From assembly GCA_007693605.1 (NCBI GenBank), contig REDG01000061.1, forward strand, positions 1-33,025: a stretch of 33,025 bases of DNA. The letters run 5' to 3'. A model generated the notes under the pieces. That model saw only the letters and a list, made by a program, of their open reading frames with translations. It was not told the DNA's origin and did no database searches. Origin of the DNA: Bradymonadales bacterium. Lineage in GTDB: Bacteria > Bdellovibrionota > UBA2394. Below, one piece after another: positions 28,644 to 33,025 of the stretch. Position 1 is the first letter of the stretch. Each line of letters starts with the position of its first letter. The translations under genes were made by a program, and so were the position numbers.

Positions 28644-29365
28644 GTGACGGCCTTCTCCTTTACGGACGAAATGTTTTGAAAGAGGCCATTTTGGCAAAGG
28701 CGCCCATTTCGAAGATCTTTGTCGAAACTCACACAAGCTTTGAGTTTGTTCGAGGCCTGCAAAACTTTGATGAGACTTCTGCCGAATTGCTGGAGGGAAT
28801 TCCTAGAGAGTGTCAAAAGGAGAGCCATCAAGGCATTGCGTTTCTTTGTTCTCATCCGTTCTACACCCGCTATGACTTTAACCGACTGAAAAAGCATCGC
28901 TTAGTCCTCTTGTGTAACCACTTAGAAGATGTCCATAATTTGGGGTCCATTGCTCGCTCCGCAGCGGCCTTTGGAGCCAGCCTGATTGTTCACGAAGACC
29001 ATGGCTCTGCTCAGCTCACACCGGCGGTCGTCAAAGCCTCTGCAGGTTGCGCCTTTCGAGTGAAGTTTATGAAACTTCCGGATCTGCATCGAGCCTTTCA
29101 GTCTCTTCGAAAGGCTGAGTTTAAAATCTTTGGCTTGGATGGATCTCGAAGCCGACCCAGTCTGCCACTCTCTGAATTTCAGAGCTCCTTTCCCTGTGCT
29201 TTGGTGCTTGGGTCTGAAGCGGAAGGAGTTGAGGGCAGTCTTCTAGAAAAGTGTGATGCTCTGATTCGCGTAGAGATGACGGAGACGGTCGACTCCCTCA
29301 ATGTGAGTCACGCGGCCGCCATTGTTTTACATCAAATCTTTCAACAGAGCCAACTTTCGACTTGA
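28640..29365 (+). CDS. SpoU/TrmH-family RNA 2'-O-methyltransferase (RlmB-like)
   Basis: YGRN, HQGI, DVHNLGSIARSA, KASAG, LGSEAEG, SLNVSHA. ATGA-coupled to the ABC-F gene. Confidence 0.92.
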   Translation: MSDGLLLYGRNVLKEAILAKAPISKIFVETHTSFEFVRGLQNFDETSAELLEGIPRECQKESHQGIAFLCSHPFYTRYDFNRLKKHRLVLLCNHLEDVHNLGSIARSAAAFGASLIVHEDHGSAQLTPAVVKASAGCAFRVKFMKLPDLHRAFQSLRKAEFKIFGLDGSRSRPSLPLSEFQSSFPCALVLGSEAEGVEGSLLEKCDALIRVEMTETVDSLNVSHAAAIVLHQIFQQSQLST

Positions 29366-29428
29366 TCCCTAAACCCAATCCTTAAACTGGCCTCAGCACA
29401 ACACGGAAACAATTTACCAGTTTGACCA

Positions 29429-30316
29429 CTAGGACTTCGGCAACGGAATTCTTTCCTCTTCATCTCCGGGCACTTTGGGAAACTTGCCTGCCTCCCAATC
29501 CATCTTGGCCTTAGAAATTCTCTGGGCGTCGCTAGAAACAAAATTCCATGCGATATGACGGTCTCCATCTAAGGGCTCTCCACCAAAAACAATGGCTCGC
29601 GCTCTCTGAGACGCCCGCAGTTTGTAAGTCTTTGATTCGGGCAAAACGGCCAACTCGCCCGCAGAAATTTTTTCAGCTGAAGACCCTTCTTCGGTCGAAA
29701 GCTCCAAGTCGCCCTCAAGCAAATAGACGGCCCTCTCGCGATAGCCTTCAGGCAGTTCAAAAGACGCTTGGCCTTCAAAGTCCAAAGCTGCATAGAACAA
29801 GGGCGACTGAGTCTGAATAGGCGATTCTAAACCGGCAAGGCTGCCAGCAATCAGCTTTATGCGGCAACCTGAGTCCATTCGAGTTGGCAGTCTCTCAGAG
29901 GGAGTGTGATGAAAAGAAGCCGCCATTTCTTCTTTCTCTTTTGGAAGGGCCACCCAAAACTGCAAGCCGTAGAGTGAATGAGAGGATTGTCGAAGTTCTT
30001 TGGGGCTTCGCTCGGAGTGAACAATTCCAGATCCAGCGACCATCCAGTTGACATCGCCGGGCCGGATGACTTGAGAGTTTCCCAAACTATCGCGATGATG
30101 CAGCTCTCCCTCAAACAGATAAGTCACGGTGGCCAATCCGATGTGAGGGTGGGGTCGAACATCCACGCCTTTTCCCGCTTCAAACTTGGCGGGGCCGATA
30201 TGATCGAGAAAAATAAAGGGACCGATCATCTTCTTTTGAAAAGAGGGCAAGAGGCGTCTTACACTGAAACCCCCTAAGTCGGTCTCTTTGGGATGAAGCT
30301 TTAACAAGTCTGACAT
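29429..30316 (-). CDS. Pirin family protein
   Basis: GPFIFLDH, PHPHIGLATVTYL, HRDSLG, WMVAGSGIVHSE, WNFVSS. Confidence 0.96.
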   Translation of the reverse strand: MSDLLKLHPKETDLGGFSVRRLLPSFQKKMIGPFIFLDHIGPAKFEAGKGVDVRPHPHIGLATVTYLFEGELHHRDSLGNSQVIRPGDVNWMVAGSGIVHSERSPKELRQSSHSLYGLQFWVALPKEKEEMAASFHHTPSERLPTRMDSGCRIKLIAGSLAGLESPIQTQSPLFYAALDFEGQASFELPEGYRERAVYLLEGDLELSTEEGSSAEKISAGELAVLPESKTYKLRASQRARAIVFGGEPLDGDRHIAWNFVSSDAQRISKAKMDWEAGKFPKVPGDEEERIPLPKS

Positions 30317-30400
30317 GATTCAGTCTCCTTTAAAATTCAGATGAAAGCCTCACCTACAATGAAGCGAATGAAAAGGACTCTACTGGTTTGAAAAACAAGA

Positions 30401-30871
30401 TCACTTGAAGCAATCCTCACCAAAATGAACGAGTTCAACAAAATCGGCTTCGGTAATGATTCCTAAGAGCGCACCTTGGATGTCCACCACGGGCAGTGCT
30501 CCAAATTCATTATCGAACATCAGATGAGCGGCCTCGATCAGACCGGCGTCAGGAGAGATGGTCACCACATCTTTTCTCATGGCTTCTACAACCGGAATTG
30601 AAAATCCTTGCTCGAAATGGGCTCTCTGGTTGGGGCGCAAGAGGGCCGAAGCTGTTTTGTTCATCAGGTCTCGGTGTGAGACCATCCCGACCAATTTGCC
30701 CGCTGAGTCGACAACAGGAATGTGTCGAAGTCGACGCCAGGCTTCATTCTCATCCCAAAGCCGAAGTTGGTCTGCCACCGAAAGGGTTACGAGCTTTTCG
30801 GTCATTAAGTCTCTTACACGAAATCTTGAAAGCAGCTCCCAGCCAGAGCCCTTCTTCTTTTTATCTTCCAT
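30401..30871 (-). CDS. CBS domain pair protein
   Basis: VRDLM, HIPVVD..LVGMVS, ALPVVD..LLGIITEAD. Confidence 0.93.
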   Translation of the reverse strand: MEDKKKKGSGWELLSRFRVRDLMTEKLVTLSVADQLRLWDENEAWRRLRHIPVVDSAGKLVGMVSHRDLMNKTASALLRPNQRAHFEQGFSIPVVEAMRKDVVTISPDAGLIEAAHLMFDNEFGALPVVDIQGALLGIITEADFVELVHFGEDCFK

Positions 30872-30902
30872 GCCCTAGCTTTACTCAAAAAATCGACAGA
30901 GC

Positions 30903-31304
30903 CTAGGGCAAAAGTCGCTCTCTTTCGTCGGCCGTTGGAATTCGACAACTTTCTCGACGCCCGAAGAGGTGAAAGCGATTTTTGGCGACCAGTCGATAGA
31001 AGGGGTTTCTAAGAAAGCCGGGCAGCACGAAGGCGAGCGCGAAAATCCTCCAGAAACCGCCGAGATCCCGAAGGGCGTAGAGAATGGCGTCTGATTGGTT
31101 GTAAACTCTGCCCTCTCGAAGATAGAGAACGCTATCTGGATCGCGGCCCACAGCCCCAGCGAATTCGGGCAGATGTTTTTTGGCCGTCTCCCCCTGCAGA
31201 CTGGCAAAATGAATCTGGGCTCGACGATCTCGGCGCATCAAAAAATCAACCCAAGTGTTACACAAATTACAGTAACCGTCGAAAAACAAAATCCTCTGCG
31301 GCAT
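30903..31304 (-). CDS. DCC1/DUF393 thiol-disulfide oxidoreductase family protein
   Basis: FDGYCNLC (DxxCxxC), FASLQ, YRLVAKNRF. Confidence 0.93.
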   Translation of the reverse strand: MPQRILFFDGYCNLCNTWVDFLMRRDRRAQIHFASLQGETAKKHLPEFAGAVGRDPDSVLYLREGRVYNQSDAILYALRDLGGFWRIFALAFVLPGFLRNPFYRLVAKNRFHLFGRRESCRIPTADERERLLP

Positions 31305-31381
31305 GACCCCTTCAGACTAGTGGGCTCTGCGATTGCCGACAAGACCTCATCTCACAAGGGGAGAGTCGCAAAACGCCCATC

Positions 31382-32368
31382 TCAGAAGGGGCTTGGGCTC
31401 TCGGAGCAGGGAAAAATCTCGGCCATCATACAGCGAAGGCTCCCCCCACCCAGTCGTTCGATCCAAGGAATGGAAACAAACTGAAGATCTGCTTCGCTTT
31501 CAAGTTTCTGAATTTGCGACTTACTAAAGGCCCGGTAGGCAGTCTCTGAGGCCATCCAAACCTTCTCGGCATCTCCATTCTCCAACAGAAGAACATTGCC
31601 GCAGAACGACTCCATTTGGTCCAATCCTATAAGAAGGGGGCTTTTGCCAATCTCTTCTAGTTTTTCTAGCAACCGTTTTCTTTGAGAGGGCTGCGAGATA
31701 CTATCAAGACAGACCAGCGCATGAGTGTCCCCTACACTCATCATGACATTGGTATGATAGACAGGTCGTGCCTCTGCCGTTAAACTTTCAAAACAAAAGA
31801 TCGAGTAGCCCGTCTCTTGTTCAAAGATTTTAACAAGCTCCTCACTGGAGCGAGCCGAGAGACTGCAAAATCCAGTTCTCGATCGACGATCTAAGACTAA
31901 GCTGCCCGTTCCTTCCAGAAACCAGGCTCGAGACTCATAAGCACTCAGGTCTAAAATCTGGTAGGGCCCGTGACGCCTTTGGAGAGCTTGAATGATATCC
32001 TCTCGCCTCTCTCGACGACGACTCGGCGCAAACATCGGATAGAGAATCAGGTGGCCGCTTGAATGCGTCGAAAACCAATTGTTTGGAAAGACCGCGTCGG
32101 GGGTCTCTGCCTCTTTCAGACTTTCGAAAAGCTCGACCCCGATCCCAAGCTGCTCCAATCTCTCGTGTAGCGAATCGAACTCGTAGTGAATCAGACTCAA
32201 GTCGACCCCAGAACTTTGCTCGCCTTGAAAGGAGTTTGAGCCAAGAGTCTCAGGATTCGAATAAAACGACTGCGGACGAATAAGGAGAACCCGATTCGCA
32301 AAGGCTCTTTCAGTCTCTGGCTTTAAGCTTCTCCCTTCCCGACCCAGATCTTTCTCTTCAGGCTTCAT
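31382..32368 (-). CDS. Amidinotransferase/arginine-deiminase-superfamily hydrolase (CtlX-like)
   Basis: TPDAVFPNNWFS, YPM...RRRERR, LEGTGSLVLDR, YHTNVMM, GGGSLRCM. Confidence 0.93.
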   Translation of the reverse strand: MKPEEKDLGREGRSLKPETERAFANRVLLIRPQSFYSNPETLGSNSFQGEQSSGVDLSLIHYEFDSLHERLEQLGIGVELFESLKEAETPDAVFPNNWFSTHSSGHLILYPMFAPSRRRERREDIIQALQRRHGPYQILDLSAYESRAWFLEGTGSLVLDRRSRTGFCSLSARSSEELVKIFEQETGYSIFCFESLTAEARPVYHTNVMMSVGDTHALVCLDSISQPSQRKRLLEKLEEIGKSPLLIGLDQMESFCGNVLLLENGDAEKVWMASETAYRAFSKSQIQKLESEADLQFVSIPWIERLGGGSLRCMMAEIFPCSESPSPF

Positions 32369-32475
32369 CCGTCTCTCGGCTTTAGCGTCTAGAGCCTCAG
32401 GGAATCAAGCCCAAAGGGAGTGGCGGCCACCTCTGAACCACCCCTGCCTTTCAAGGCCTACATCCTTCTCTCAAC

Positions 32476-33025
32476 TCAAAGCTCCCTCTCCCACATTCGC
32501 CGCTGATTATTATGCTGCCGACAAAGCAGTCGAAGATTAGCCTCGCTCGACTCTCCCCCTCTCGAAAACTCTAGTTTGTGGTCCCACTCCAAGCCAAAAC
32601 TCGACCCACAGGACCTCCCCGTCTTTGGCTCCACAAAAACACAGGCCCCGCCATCCCTCTCAAAAACCTCAGCACGAACAGATTTTGGAATATGCCGACT
32701 TCGCTTTCCTTTAGTCCCAACTTTCGCCCCTTCGCAGCCAGCAATGTTCATAGGCGCTTTGGTAAGGACTTTCGCTACGGTAGCGCTTCTTCGACGATTG
32801 CTTTCCCGACTTTCAAGCTCGATGCCCTGAGTTTTTCCAGTCTCCGAAATACTCGAGTTTACTTCCACTTTGGAATCCGCACCTGGGAAGCTCTCCGTTT
32901 CCCTCAAAACTCCCTCCCCAGCCCTTGCTTGGGACTCATCTCTCTTTTCACCTCTAAACCCAGCCCCCTGCTTCTTCCCTCTCACTCCAAACTTCCTCTT
33001 CTCTACTTCTTGAAGAGCCAACCTC
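32476..33025 (-). CDS. HNH endonuclease domain protein, 5'-truncated by the window end
   Basis: RHIP..VFERDGGAC..C..LEWDH..GG....NLRLLCRQHN. The frame is open to the right edge, with a low-complexity charged linker before the domain. Confidence 0.9.
   Translation of the reverse strand, partial: RLALQEVEKRKFGVRGKKQGAGFRGEKRDESQARAGEGVLRETESFPGADSKVEVNSSISETGKTQGIELESRESNRRRSATVAKVLTKAPMNIAGCEGAKVGTKGKRSRHIPKSVRAEVFERDGGACVFVEPKTGRSCGSSFGLEWDHKLEFSRGGESSEANLRLLCRQHNNQRRMWEREL

Noticed and set aside
30871..30910. Inverted repeat TGCCCTAG...CTAGGGCA at the CBS gene start
   Set aside because: Only 8-bp arms with a 24-nt spacer, partly in coding sequence; too weak to call a terminator or riboregulator.

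Overview
Gene-dense bacterial contig of roughly 50% GC by eye. The content (many orphan secreted proteins, Hanks-type kinase, S8 protease, secreted nuclease, C-terminal HNH protein) suggests a Bdellovibrionota or deltaproteobacterial predator-like genome; this is inference. The left end is a poly-C artefact that cuts a lipoprotein gene missed by the ORF track. That gene has a clear sigma-54 promoter and an upstream palindrome. Bases 1-9.2 kb are accessory: orphan exported proteins, a membrane Ser/Thr kinase and a two-gene nucleotidyltransferase + C-terminal HTH operon. That operon has an apparently leaderless sigma-70 promoter overlapped by a 19-bp palindrome and is the best candidate for an undescribed toxin-antitoxin or defence-like module. 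Bases 9.4-32.4 kb are mostly housekeeping, envelope and stress genes: S8 protease + beta-barrel, FKBP PPIase, MAPEG, metG, EEP nuclease, msrA, GNAT, uppP, DUF883 pair, tesA-ybbA-ybbP-like operon, arm-less ABC-F + SpoU methyltransferase, pirin, CBS, DCC and amidinotransferase. A tandem palindromic MITE/REP-like element lies at 13.1-13.3 kb. The right end cuts an HNH endonuclease gene. I saw no rRNA, tRNA, CRISPR array or transposase. Family names come from motif recognition, not database searches.
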